DNA of 62,981 bases, counting the filler, from an uncultured Methanosarcinales archaeon (GTDB lineage Archaea; Nanobdellota; Nanobdellia; Woesearchaeales; CAYNLP01): NCBI GenBank assembly GCA_964398115.1. It is 4 parts of 4 records of this genome, joined end to end, with 100 filler letters (N's around TTAATTAATTAA, not from the genome) between each part and the next. Parts side by side here need not be neighbours in the genome. Positions count along the whole stretch, not along the records: positions 16,027 to 31,841 come from CAYNLP010000022.1; positions 31,942 to 47,511 come from CAYNLP010000023.1; 2 more parts are not named here. One strand, given 5' to 3'. The position numbers and the translations under genes were made by a program. Under the pieces are notes generated by a model. It did no database searches. It was given only the letters and a program-made list of their open reading frames with translations, and was not told the DNA's origin. Of this stretch, positions 27,598 through 36,654 are shown in pieces; the stretch's first letter is position 1; the number at the start of each line of letters is the position of its first letter.

Positions 27598-30500
27598 TTA
27601 TCTACCGCTGATATAAAATTCTCCGACCAGATGATAATCATCATGCTCGTTAGTTCCTCCTGCTATAGGATACCACTGGATACCATCAAACTTAGTAGAA
27701 GTATCTGTATCATCCGTCCATTGTATATCATCTCTCCCACCCATAAGTTCTCCATCCACCCAAAGCCTAGCCACACCATCGCCAGCCCCTACGCTAGATT
27801 CGCCTTTCAAGTACAACTCAACTTGCTGCCACTCACCCAATTTCCAAGTAGCATCATTACCTGCCAACCACTGACTCCCCGTTGGCCCAGTCTGCTTAGT
27901 AGGTATCATGGCCCCATTAGAAGAATGCGACAGATAATACTCTGTCGGCCCCGTAGCATCATCACCAAACACGCCACCACCATACCAATGCTTATGACCA
28001 TGCGACAAATCATAATTCGGATCATGATAAACCCAATAAGAAATATACAACTCCTGATAAGATTGAGAACCAATATCAGAAAAACTATCAAGAGTGGTCA
28101 AGCCACCACCTCTCTCTCCCGCAAAAGTCCTATACGCCAAAACAGAACCACTACCCACAGGATTAGGAGGAGCCGGACTCTCACCATCCGACAAAATCTC
28201 AACATTCCTCGGTTCCTCATCATTAGCCCACTTCGAAGTCTCACCCCAACCATCAAAATGCTTACGCTCACCTGTCATATTAAAAACCACGTTCATATTG
28301 GATGGCTCGTTAGGATGCAAACTGTCAGAAAAGTTACTACTAGAGCTTTCGGAAGATCCCCATCCAGGATTTTGGGTGTAAATCTTGACATCATCGAGAT
28401 GGAACTTGGTAAGGTTACGATATCCAACGTTAGCCCATCCAAACCATCTGATATGATCCCAATGCGTGTTAGCCGGATCTTCGGCGTTTAAGTCATATAA
28501 AGAAGTATTGGAATATATAAGTTCATCGTCCTTCCAAACTTCGACAACTCCGTTAGGCACACCGTCATCGCTAGTCTTCACATGCCAACGCATCCTATGC
28601 CAGTTTCCACGATCAGCACTTGTTAAATGATTGTCCTGAATATTTATATGACCCTTGCTAGTATGGGGGACGTAGTCGTGGCCTCGCGCCCACGTAACAT
28701 CTGCATTATTAAAGGTTGAATCATCACCCGGCCACATCGTTCCAGTAATAGCTACATCTTCACCACTACGACTACCTGCCCAAACTTGGAACCATTTATT
28801 ATTGTCAGGACCGTCGGGATCATTCTCATAACGGAAGTTTTCGGGAACCCTGATGTAATACTCAATCCACATCTCATTAGGGGAAGTACTAGAAAAATCT
28901 AGCTGCAATGCTGAACTAGAATCACCCAAGCCAGGCCGAGGAGCAAATGCGATGCTCATACTATTACTACCTGACCACGCATGTTCCCCTGTCACGGTAG
29001 TGTTCCCACCAGCACCCCAATTTCCACCCCAGCTAAAACCATTTTCCGAGTGTGAGAGATCTCCACTTTCAAAGCTGTCTTGGAATACCAGTCCGGTGGT
29101 ATTGGAAGTTCCAGTATCGCATACTCCACCTTCATCTACCTCTCCGTCGCAGTCATTATCCTCTCCATCACACACTTCTTCCGAAGGAGTACACGAATCA
29201 CCATCAGAGCCTTGAGAACCAGCTCCGACAATTCGTTGTACTATCCTTACAAGGTCAAAGACATTAACACTGCCATCACCATTCAAATCAAAACCACTGT
29301 CTGAACTACCAATATTCTGAGCAACCGTAACCAAATCAAAGATATTCACGCTGCCGTCTTGATTTATGTCTTCCTTGACAAAAGATGGGGTTTGAGATGT
29401 TCCATTTCTATTTTGATTATCGAATTTCTCATTCAATAAGGATTGTATTTTTTCTTCTGAGAGGGTGGTGTTGTATAGTCTGACTTCATCTATCAAGCCT
29501 TTTATATAGCCCGTTTGGTATGCTTCTCTCTGTGCCCATCCAATACGTAGAGGATTTTTGCTCGTATTCAAAGTCTCATTAGCTTCTAGTGTGGAAACTC
29601 TCGAACCATTTATGTAGAAACGCACTTCCGACCTGTTCCAAACCACTGTAAGCATTGCAAGTTCTTGATAGGGGAAGACGTAGCCAGTCCAGTGATCATC
29701 CCCCATGTGGGTAGCGGTCAGACGAGTTTTGCCACCAATGATGCTGTCGCCCCCGTTCTGCATTATCCCCCAAGACCTTCCACCTTTTGATATTATACCG
29801 TCTACTACTCCGCCGACAGAAAGATTATCTAGACGCACCCAAGCGTTGAAAGTATATTCATCTTGTAAATCTATAGTGGGACTATGCGGGATTCTAATCT
29901 CATCATCCACACCATCCATTAATAGTGCAGATCCATATCTGCCCTGAACCCACTTTGGATTCCCTTCTATAGTTCCGTAATTTTCATTTCCAGAAACGTC
30001 TGTCGCTGTTTCCCCACCGTTCTCATCCAATGGGTAGTAGGCTACCAGGTTCGGTTCGCTGACTGTACCGTTCAGTGCAGTGGATGCACAGCCTTCATCA
30101 ACTATACGGTCGCAATCGTTATCAGCTTCATCACATGTTTCTTCGGGCGGGGTGGGGCAACTGTTTGCACAAACTTGGTGAGTGCCACAGGTGTTGCCGT
30201 CGTAGTTGCAGGTTATGGTATCTTGAACGCTTGGGTCGTTATCGTCACAGTCATTGCTCCAAGTGGCATTGTCGTCATCCGCGTCTGTCTTGCTATAAGT
30301 GTTGTTAATCCAGCCAGGATTTTCACTGTAAAACTTAATATCGTCGATGTAATTCGCGGTTTCCTTGTTATAGCCTGCATTGGACCATCCCATGAGATAT
30401 CCTTGGGCCATGTAGTGGTTGCCGTCGGGCGCGCCGGTTACCACATCCGTTGCTTCCGAAACAAGTTTGTTATCAATCCACCACCTGTAGATACCGTTTG

Positions 30501-31191
30501 AAGCTCCTGCCGGGTCAGAGAGTTTCATATAAAATTGGAATTTATGCCATTGACCTCGATCGACGTAACCGTCCGGCGTGCCGTCAGTGCCGGATAGAGC
30601 TGGATCTACATTAGGAGCTTGAGTCAGTAGAGCACCGTCAGGGTTTCGGATTATGGTTGTGTAGACAGAGCCGCCGTCATAAGAGTCGCTTGGAGAGTTT
30701 GAGTTGGCTCCCCACTTGAAGCTATTGTCATAATGGTCTCCCCAAATCCTATTAAGCTTTACACCGCTTTGCGGGGCTGAAGGACACTCCCCATCTGAAG
30801 AATTGGAACCTCTATAATTAATTTCGTATTGGCTAACGTTTGGAAATCCTTCCGTGCCGTTGGGATAATAGACGTAGTACTCTAGCCACAATTCTTTTGT
30901 TTTTTGACCCATGGAAAAACCCATCTGAGCCCAGGCATCATCACACGGGTCACCGTTATTGTCATGCCATTTGAATTTGAGGGAGTAGTTACCCGATCTC
31001 GAGTTTTCATTCGTTATGCCAGCATTGACACTTCCTCCTTTGCTTGAATTTTCCCATAAAAACCCGTTGGTGCTGTGTGATAAATCCCCTGTTTCGAAAT
31101 CATCCGCAAAGAAAGGAGTCGCAGACTGAGCTTGAACAGCAGATAAAGAAAGAAGAAAAACCAACAAAAGCGATAAAAATAACTTCTTCAT
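27598..31191 (-). CDS. Secreted dockerin-containing protein with three polysaccharide-lyase/lectin-like jelly-roll domains, LamG and MopE-like Cys/Asp repeats
   Basis: Signal peptide; duplicated dockerin EF-hand DINQDGSVNIFDL / DLNGDGSVNVFDL (about 29229-29373); LamG (YYPLDE...GLIDEVRLYN); EETCDEADNDCDRIVDEG and EEVCDGEDNDCDGEVDEG repeats. Confidence 0.88.
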   Translation of the reverse strand: MKKLFLSLLLVFLLSLSAVQAQSATPFFADDFETGDLSHSTNGFLWENSSKGGSVNAGITNENSRSGNYSLKFKWHDNNGDPCDDAWAQMGFSMGQKTKELWLEYYVYYPNGTEGFPNVSQYEINYRGSNSSDGECPSAPQSGVKLNRIWGDHYDNSFKWGANSNSPSDSYDGGSVYTTIIRNPDGALLTQAPNVDPALSGTDGTPDGYVDRGQWHKFQFYMKLSDPAGASNGIYRWWIDNKLVSEATDVVTGAPDGNHYMAQGYLMGWSNAGYNKETANYIDDIKFYSENPGWINNTYSKTDADDDNATWSNDCDDNDPSVQDTITCNYDGNTCGTHQVCANSCPTPPEETCDEADNDCDRIVDEGCASTALNGTVSEPNLVAYYPLDENGGETATDVSGNENYGTIEGNPKWVQGRYGSALLMDGVDDEIRIPHSPTIDLQDEYTFNAWVRLDNLSVGGVVDGIISKGGRSWGIMQNGGDSIIGGKTRLTATHMGDDHWTGYVFPYQELAMLTVVWNRSEVRFYINGSRVSTLEANETLNTSKNPLRIGWAQREAYQTGYIKGLIDEVRLYNTTLSEEKIQSLLNEKFDNQNRNGTSQTPSFVKEDINQDGSVNIFDLVTVAQNIGSSDSGFDLNGDGSVNVFDLVRIVQRIVGAGSQGSDGDSCTPSEEVCDGEDNDCDGEVDEGGVCDTGTSNTTGLVFQDSFESGDLSHSENGFSWGGNWGAGGNTTVTGEHAWSGSNSMSIAFAPRPGLGDSSSALQLDFSSTSPNEMWIEYYIRVPENFRYENDPDGPDNNKWFQVWAGSRSGEDVAITGTMWPGDDSTFNNADVTWARGHDYVPHTSKGHINIQDNHLTSADRGNWHRMRWHVKTSDDGVPNGVVEVWKDDELIYSNTSLYDLNAEDPANTHWDHIRWFGWANVGYRNLTKFHLDDVKIYTQNPGWGSSESSSSNFSDSLHPNEPSNMNVVFNMTGERKHFDGWGETSKWANDEEPRNVEILSDGESPAPPNPVGSGSVLAYRTFAGERGGGLTTLDSFSDIGSQSYQELYISYWVYHDPNYDLSHGHKHWYGGGVFGDDATGPTEYYLSHSSNGAMIPTKQTGPTGSQWLAGNDATWKLGEWQQVELYLKGESSVGAGDGVARLWVDGELMGGRDDIQWTDDTDTSTKFDGIQWYPIAGGTNEHDDYHLVGEFYISGR

Positions 31192-31293
31192 AAGTCAACT
31201 ACTCTTCCTCTTACTATAAAAAAGTTTCTGTATAATTATTTTCGATATTGATAATAAATATGACTTAATCTCTAAGAAATTTATAGATATAGG

Positions 31294-31841
31294 CTACCAA
31301 CCAGGATCTTTATCATAAATCCTATAATTATCTATATAGAAAGTTGTGTCATTTCTATAACCAGCGTTACACCAACCCATTATCCTATGCATACTGAAGT
31401 AGTTGTCACCTTCCGAAGCACGAAGCTCTGCACCACCTTTCCCTTTGCCAGAATAAATTTGCTCTCCATCCTTCCAAACCTCTATCAAAGAATCGTTAGC
31501 GTTAGGACCACTCGCAGCCCTAAGATGGAATTGTAAATGCATCCACCTTCCCCTATCCGACTCTGTAATAAAAGGATCCTGAATAGTTTGCGCCCCAGTA
31601 AAACTACCGTCTTCATGCACTTGCACAATCAACTCTGAAATACCAGAACTAGAAGGATACAAATTGAATTGCGCCGCTACCATCTCACTATCATTCACAT
31701 TACTCCGTCCCTTGTTATAAACTCGAGTGAACTTTCTAAGGTCATTGCCTGAAGCGTCTCCATGATCATAATTATCCGGGATCCTCAATTGGAACTCAAC
31801 CCACACCTCTCTCACATCAGTCCTAGGCGTCCACTCACTAT
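31294..31841 (-). CDS. Lyase-like jelly-roll domain protein, paralogous to domains in the neighbouring dockerin protein; 5' truncated by the contig end
   Basis: Frame open up to the gap; WVEFQLRIPDNY, DRGRW, GWCNAGYRN, IDNYRIYDKDPGW. Confidence 0.8.
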
Positions 31842-31941
31842 NNNNNNNNNNNNNNNNNNNNNNNNNNNNNNNNNNNNNNNNNNNNTTAATTAATTAANNN
31901 NNNNNNNNNNNNNNNNNNNNNNNNNNNNNNNNNNNNNNNNN
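31842..31941. other. Artificial contig spacer
   Basis: N44-TTAATTAATTAA-N44. Confidence 0.98.
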
Positions 31942-31995
31942 GCATGGCTTAGTCGGATTCTCATAGCAGCGATCTCCCGCAGGATCAACGGGAAT
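31942..31995 (-). rRNA. rrs: 16S rRNA, first ~54 nt only (cut by the contig end)
   Basis: Reverse complement ATTCCCGTTGATCCTGCGGGAGATCGCTGCTATGAGAATCCGACTAAGCCATGC matches the archaeal 16S 5' end. Confidence 0.93.
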
Positions 31996-32200
31996 TTGCG
32001 ATTACGGGTACGCAAGGCATTCCTTGAAAAAAATTGGCTAAGGAATACACAAAGTACTCCGTACTATGGCACTCCTACCTTTGCAAGATGTATAATTAAT
32101 ACACCTTGGAAGCTAGCTTGCGCTAGCGTTTTAGGTTGGCTTTCGCCAGTCGCCCACCAATAATGGTGGACTAGAATAGGTGGTGATTGTAAAAACACAC
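31996..32200 (-). ncRNA. Pre-16S rRNA 5' leader (external transcribed spacer)
   Basis: Non-coding and directly upstream of 16S; string of hairpins incl. GCTAGC-GCAA-GCTAGC, TGGC-GAAA-GCCA, GTCCACCA-TTAT-TGGTGGGC. Confidence 0.7.
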
Positions 32201-32243
32201 AATAATTTTTCTATCGTGTGTGTTTATGTGAGAAAATCATCCT

Positions 32244-32256
32244 CTTTATAAACTTT
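32244..32256 (-). promoter_or_regulatory. Probable TATA box of the rRNA promoter
   Basis: AAAGTTTATAAAG on the minus strand ~250 nt upstream of the 16S start. Confidence 0.5.
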
Positions 32257-32311
32257 ATGGTATGCGCGTATTAGATTAATGCTTTATTTTAGAAGAAGGT
32301 ATTTTGGTTTT

Positions 32312-32995
32312 TTAGGTGAAGGTTTTTTTCAAGTCTCGCCAGATGTAGTTTAGTAAAAACTTGGAAACGTCGAAGAAGTTTAGTGGTTGTGAAACTATTT
32401 CAACATCGCCGTTTTTCACGGCGGAGAAGATGTCTTCGATTTTCTTATTTGCTTTAATCTTGGTGTAGGTCGTTCCTAGTTGCCATAGGTTATGAACGTC
32501 TGAATTTCCTACTATGCTTAAATCGTATTTTTCTGCTACTTGTTCTGCTTTTTCGTTCCAACTTTTCCACCAATTCGTGTAGAAGTGTACGTGTTCGATG
32601 GCGTCGAACAAGTGGTGGTAGTTGTGTATTTCTTCATCTACGGAGCAGGTGAATGGAAGGAATGGGTGTGGTGCGACTATGAGGGTGTCATCTCTTTTTA
32701 CCTTTTTCAAATCTTGTAAGGTTTCTAAGTTTTCAGCTTCTTCTTTGGTTATATTATATACTAAAACGTCGCATCCTTCTAGTTGTAGTTCCACGCCGGG
32801 TATTAGTAGGATGCCGTGTTTCTCCGCCCATTCTTGATATTTTTCTGGATAGTAAAATTTGTCATGTAACGTGATAGAGAGTATGTCGAAATCTTGATTG
32901 GCTGCTTCTTTTATCAGGTCTTTTGCAGAATGATTTAAGCAATAGTCAATTGGGTCGTCCCAACAATGAGTGTGTAGTTCTGCTTTTAACATCAT
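32312..32995 (-). CDS. PHP-domain metal-dependent phosphoesterase
   Basis: ELHTH, SITLHD, IPGVE, APHPF, GNSDVH motifs. Confidence 0.9.
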   Translation of the reverse strand: MMLKAELHTHCWDDPIDYCLNHSAKDLIKEAANQDFDILSITLHDKFYYPEKYQEWAEKHGILLIPGVELQLEGCDVLVYNITKEEAENLETLQDLKKVKRDDTLIVAPHPFLPFTCSVDEEIHNYHHLFDAIEHVHFYTNWWKSWNEKAEQVAEKYDLSIVGNSDVHNLWQLGTTYTKIKANKKIEDIFSAVKNGDVEIVSQPLNFFDVSKFLLNYIWRDLKKTFT

Positions 32996-33026
32996 AAAAA
33001 TAAAGAAATAAAGAATATTAAAAAGG

Positions 33027-33797
33027 TTACGAGATTTTGTACTCTACGTTGACATTAGCTCTAACTTCAACTTTTTGGGGTTGGATTTGTGTTTGAGGTG
33101 TTCCACCTGCACCTGCATCGCTTTCCGCCCTAGCAAAGTCAGTTTTGTAAGGAACGTAGTCAAAGCTGGATTCTGAAATTTTCACAGGTAATCCAAGGCT
33201 GACTCCCATCTGATTTGCTATTGCTTCTGCTTTACCCTTTGCTTGTTGACTTGCTCGTTTCAAAGCTTGTTCTTTGATTTTTTCTTTTTCACTATCAGAC
33301 AGACTAAATTCTATCCTATCTACTCCGTTGGCTCCAGATTCGACTGCTGTGTCGATCAAACTTCCAACTTCATCTAAGTTTTCAGTTGAAACTTTTACCA
33401 CGTTAACCAGTTTGTATCCTTTGAATTCTTCTTCGCGTGTTTTAGGATTGTAATCTTCTTCTCTTTCAAGTCTGTAATCCACGGTTTCAATCTGGCTTTC
33501 ACTTACGCCCTGATCTTTTAGTGCTTGAATTACAGAGTCTGATTTTTCTCTGTTCTCATTTTGTACTTGTTGTGCATCTTCATTTCTGGTTTCAATTCTT
33601 AAAAAAATGTCCGCTTTGTTTGGATCTGCTTTAACTTCGCTTTCTCCAGAAGTACTTAAGGTGTTTTGTTCTTGCTGTTGTAAGACGAATTCTTGGTTTC
33701 CGCTTGTCACTCCTATCACGATAGCTACTATCGCTAGAGCGATAGCTACTAGTGAGTATAAATTTGAATTATTCTCTGCCATTTTTTCATCACCCAT
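33027..33797 (-). CDS. SIMPL domain (DUF541/YggE) protein
   Basis: N-terminal TM; LSTSGESEVKADPNKA, GANGVDRIEF, AKGKAEAIA, IQPQKVEVRANV. Confidence 0.9.
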   Translation of the reverse strand: MGDEKMAENNSNLYSLVAIALAIVAIVIGVTSGNQEFVLQQQEQNTLSTSGESEVKADPNKADIFLRIETRNEDAQQVQNENREKSDSVIQALKDQGVSESQIETVDYRLEREEDYNPKTREEEFKGYKLVNVVKVSTENLDEVGSLIDTAVESGANGVDRIEFSLSDSEKEKIKEQALKRASQQAKGKAEAIANQMGVSLGLPVKISESSFDYVPYKTDFARAESDAGAGGTPQTQIQPQKVEVRANVNVEYKIS

Positions 33798-34030
33798 TTT
33801 GGTGTAGAAATCTTTTGACTTTATATTCTTTCTTATAGCTAAAAATTAGATTTTACTTTTTTATTCAACCAGAAGAAGAGACTAAAACTAACTATTTTTT
33901 GGTATAAACGTTACACTTATCTACTAAAAATCAGCAAGATACTCCAAAATTTTCCAGACTTTTTCGCAGAGTTACTTCACATTTACTATAATTTTCTACC
34001 ACAACGTCCTTTTCCAGAAAAAAGACTAAA

Positions 34031-34149
34031 TGCCCCGGCCGGGATTTGAACCCGGGTGTTCGGCTGTCTTCTATCCTCATCGGCTTTCGCCTCGGTTTTT
34101 TCGGGATATCGAAAGGCCGAAATGATTGGCCGGACTACACCACCGGGGC
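34031..34149 (-). tRNA. tRNA-Glu (TTC) with a 44-nt intron at 37/38 (34066-34109)
   Basis: GCCCCGG acceptor; TCGGC-CTTTCG|intron|A-GCCGA; canonical bulge-helix-bulge: CTTT/GAAG helix, CGA and ACA bulges, TATCC/GGATA stem. Confidence 0.93.
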
Positions 34150-34384
34150 TTACGTGGACAAAAGACAATAAGTTAATTTATAAAGATTGCGCAACATTGA
34201 CTCCTAGTATAGATAAACAAAAGACTAAGTAAGTGCTCAAGAAGGAAAAACAAGATTGATTTCCTCCAAAATATCTTTATTTATCCTAAAATTAGGAATT
34301 ACCAACAAGGGCCTCCTTACTTTAGTTGAGATTTCATTCAAGAAATCAGATAAATTTTTAAAAACGTCCTTTTTTCTAAGGAAT

Positions 34385-34570
34385 ATGGCAAAGAAAGAAC
34401 TTCACAAGTCTGAAGATAAGATGCTATGTGGGGTTTGTGCCGGCATAGCCGAGTATATGGACTCAGACGTTACCTTAGTACGCTTATTAGGAGCAGTAAT
34501 CGTCATCTTCACATTCCCTATAGGTTTACTTCTTTACTTACTGGCCTGCGTTATAATGCCTGAAGAATAA
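34385..34570 (+). CDS. pspC: PspC domain protein
   Basis: KELHKSEDKMLCGVCAGIAEYMDSDVTLVR...LLYLLACVIMPEE. Confidence 0.88.
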   Translation: MAKKELHKSEDKMLCGVCAGIAEYMDSDVTLVRLLGAVIVIFTFPIGLLLYLLACVIMPEE

Positions 34571-34572
34571 AG

Positions 34573-34645
34573 TGGGCCCGACCGGAGTCGAACCGGCGAC
34601 CTTCGCCATGTGAAGGCGACGTCATAGCCACTAGACCACGGGCCC
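34573..34645 (-). tRNA. tRNA-Val (CAC)
   Basis: GGGCCCG...CGGGCCC A; anticodon arm TCGCC-TTCACAT-GGCGA. Confidence 0.95.
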
Positions 34646-34800
34646 AAGTAGACTTTAGGTCTATGTAATTGCTTATAAAACTTGCTTATTTAAATACAGT
34701 AAAAGATTTAATAAAAAATTTTAGTCTTGCACTAATATTACGAGGTTCGGAAAAGTTTTTAATTTTACAATTGTCCATATATCAGAGTGATTTGTTCAGT

Positions 34801-34915
34801 ATAACTAAAAGACTTGATGGAAGAGAAGTTCAAGAAAGTTTGAGGGAAAAAATTTCTGAGGAGGTATCTCTGAAGTAGAGGCATGACTCCATCTCTTGCT
34901 GTTCTTTGGCCTGAT
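34801..34915 (+). pseudogene. Possible degraded folD N-terminus
   Basis: (ATA)TKRLDGREVQESLREKISEEVSLK* then +1 frame GMTPSLAVL resembles FolD 'IDGK.IA..IR..IKEEV...G.TPGLAVIL'. Confidence 0.4.
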
Positions 34916-35110
34916 CAAAGAGAAATATTAGAAGAATTAGAATCCAGAATTAACAAGTTATTTGAAGAAAGCAAAGCTTCAACCAAGTTTAAATACACCC
35001 AAAAAACTATTTACCACCTTCCAACAATATTAAAGACCACTCTCCAATCAAAAACCAAAGTGAACTGGCAGAAGTTTTTAGAGAAGCAACGATAAATCCA
35101 AACTAAAAAA

Positions 35111-35857
35111 TTACGAAAACAAATTCTTATAATTCCTTAAAACTCGATCTGCCATTTCCATCACCGCCAATCCTTTAACCTCAGCTATTTTCTGCAAAGA
35201 TTCTTTCACAAAACCTGGTTCGTTCCTATCCACATTCGGATAAGGACTTAAGAAAGGAGCATCCGTTTCTGTTAAAATCCTATCAGCTGATACCATGTCT
35301 GCTACCATTTGAAAATGCTCCAACCTAGTAACTATAGTAGGAATTGAAAAATACCAATCATTATCGATAACCCTATTTATCTCATTCTTATTACCGCTGA
35401 AACAATGCATGACCACTTTGTCATAAGTGAAACTTTCTAACAATTCTATAACTTCCTCCTCTGCACTCCTACTGTGAACTATTACCGGCACGTCTAATTC
35501 CTTCGCAAGTTGAACTTGTTTTTCAAAAACACTCTTCATCTTTTCCTCATCCACTTCTTCCTTAAAGTCAAGACCACACTCTCCAATCGCCACCGGATCT
35601 TGCTCCTCTATAAAACTCAACTCTTCACTTATCTCCTCCTCACCCAGTTCCAAACCATCATTAGGGTATATTCCCAACGCAGGCTCTACCATTTCATAAT
35701 TTTCAGAAATCTCCAATACTCGCCGATTACTTTCAGGATTAGTACCATTACAAATTATTTTCCTAACCCCCTCCTCTGAAGCATTTTTTACAACCTCATC
35801 TCTATCATCGTCGAAGTTTTCAAAATCCAAATGACAGTGCACATCTACCAGTTCCAT
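35111..35857 (-). CDS. tatD: TatD family nuclease
   Basis: DVHCHL, AIGECGLD, VHSR, MHCFSG, ETDAPFL. Confidence 0.95.
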   Translation of the reverse strand: MELVDVHCHLDFENFDDDRDEVVKNASEEGVRKIICNGTNPESNRRVLEISENYEMVEPALGIYPNDGLELGEEEISEELSFIEEQDPVAIGECGLDFKEEVDEEKMKSVFEKQVQLAKELDVPVIVHSRSAEEEVIELLESFTYDKVVMHCFSGNKNEINRVIDNDWYFSIPTIVTRLEHFQMVADMVSADRILTETDAPFLSPYPNVDRNEPGFVKESLQKIAEVKGLAVMEMADRVLRNYKNLFS

Positions 35858-35886
35858 AACACTTCCAGATAGAAAGAAATTGCTTA

Positions 35887-36276
35887 TTAGTCTTGTGGTT
35901 TCTTCTTCATCTTCTCAAAACTCTTCTTTAAATCAACCACGTACTTACCATCACCCATACGATATATCAAAGGCTCACCCTCTTTAAACAACTTCACAAG
36001 ATCAATTTCATAAGTTCCAGGTTGAGAAATATTTACAGCTTCAAAGTCAAGCACTACAGGCTTGTCAGGCTCTTTCTCTTCCCCAATGATGTCGTAAACG
36101 TCTTCTTCAATCTGTTCTTTATCCTCATCAGATAAATCTTCAACTTGCTCTTTAGCTTCCTCCATCTGATCATCTCGGATGTAAAAGAAAACACTAGCTC
36201 CACATTCACAACCTTGAATTATCTCCTGAGCTCCATCATCATAAATAGTGTTACACTTCACACACTGGTGTGGCAT
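35887..36276 (-). CDS. oapC: OapC/ArvC Zn-ribbon protein (DUF2072)
   Basis: MPHQCVKC...GCECGASVFFY...PGTYEIDL. Confidence 0.88.
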   Translation of the reverse strand: MPHQCVKCNTIYDDGAQEIIQGCECGASVFFYIRDDQMEEAKEQVEDLSDEDKEQIEEDVYDIIGEEKEPDKPVVLDFEAVNISQPGTYEIDLVKLFKEGEPLIYRMGDGKYVVDLKKSFEKMKKKPQD

Positions 36277-36281
36277 CTTTT

Positions 36282-36650
36282 CTAATCTCCCTCAGTAAAA
36301 AGCTGAATCTTTTCAGGATCTTGCTTTATCTCCTTCACTATCTTTGCCGGTCCTATCACAGTAAGACCTTGCCTGTCTCCAAGCAAGAAATTGTAAAACT
36401 TATTCTTCACACGCTCAAAAATATCTTCCTCTTCCTCATTAGGATAAATAACGGCGATTTCAACACCTTTGAACTTGTCACTTATCTCCTCCATAGTTCT
36501 TTGAATTAACTCCGCCTCTTCTTCACTCCTCAACTTTCCTTCCATAACCACAATGTTTTCTTCTTTAACCAAATCTAGAAGTTTTTCAATACGCTCATCT
36601 GAAGTCAAGTTTGCAACTTCCGCATGTGGCACGAATTGTAACGTCAGCAT
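36282..36650 (-). CDS. oapB: OapB/ArvB protein (DUF2073)
   Basis: IVVMEGKL..EEEAELIQRTMEEI...FKGVEI...GLTVIGPA. Confidence 0.88.
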   Translation of the reverse strand: MLTLQFVPHAEVANLTSDERIEKLLDLVKEENIVVMEGKLRSEEEAELIQRTMEEISDKFKGVEIAVIYPNEEEEDIFERVKNKFYNFLLGDRQGLTVIGPAKIVKEIKQDPEKIQLFTEGD

Positions 36651-36654
36651 TTTT

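Noticed and set aside
27631..28491. 286-aa + strand ORF and many other antisense/overlapping ORFs in the track
   Set aside because: Shadow frames of well-supported genes; strand-biased composition depletes stop codons, and the translations are low-complexity
33986..34168. 60-aa ORF on the minus strand
   Set aside because: Coincides with the intron-containing tRNA-Glu
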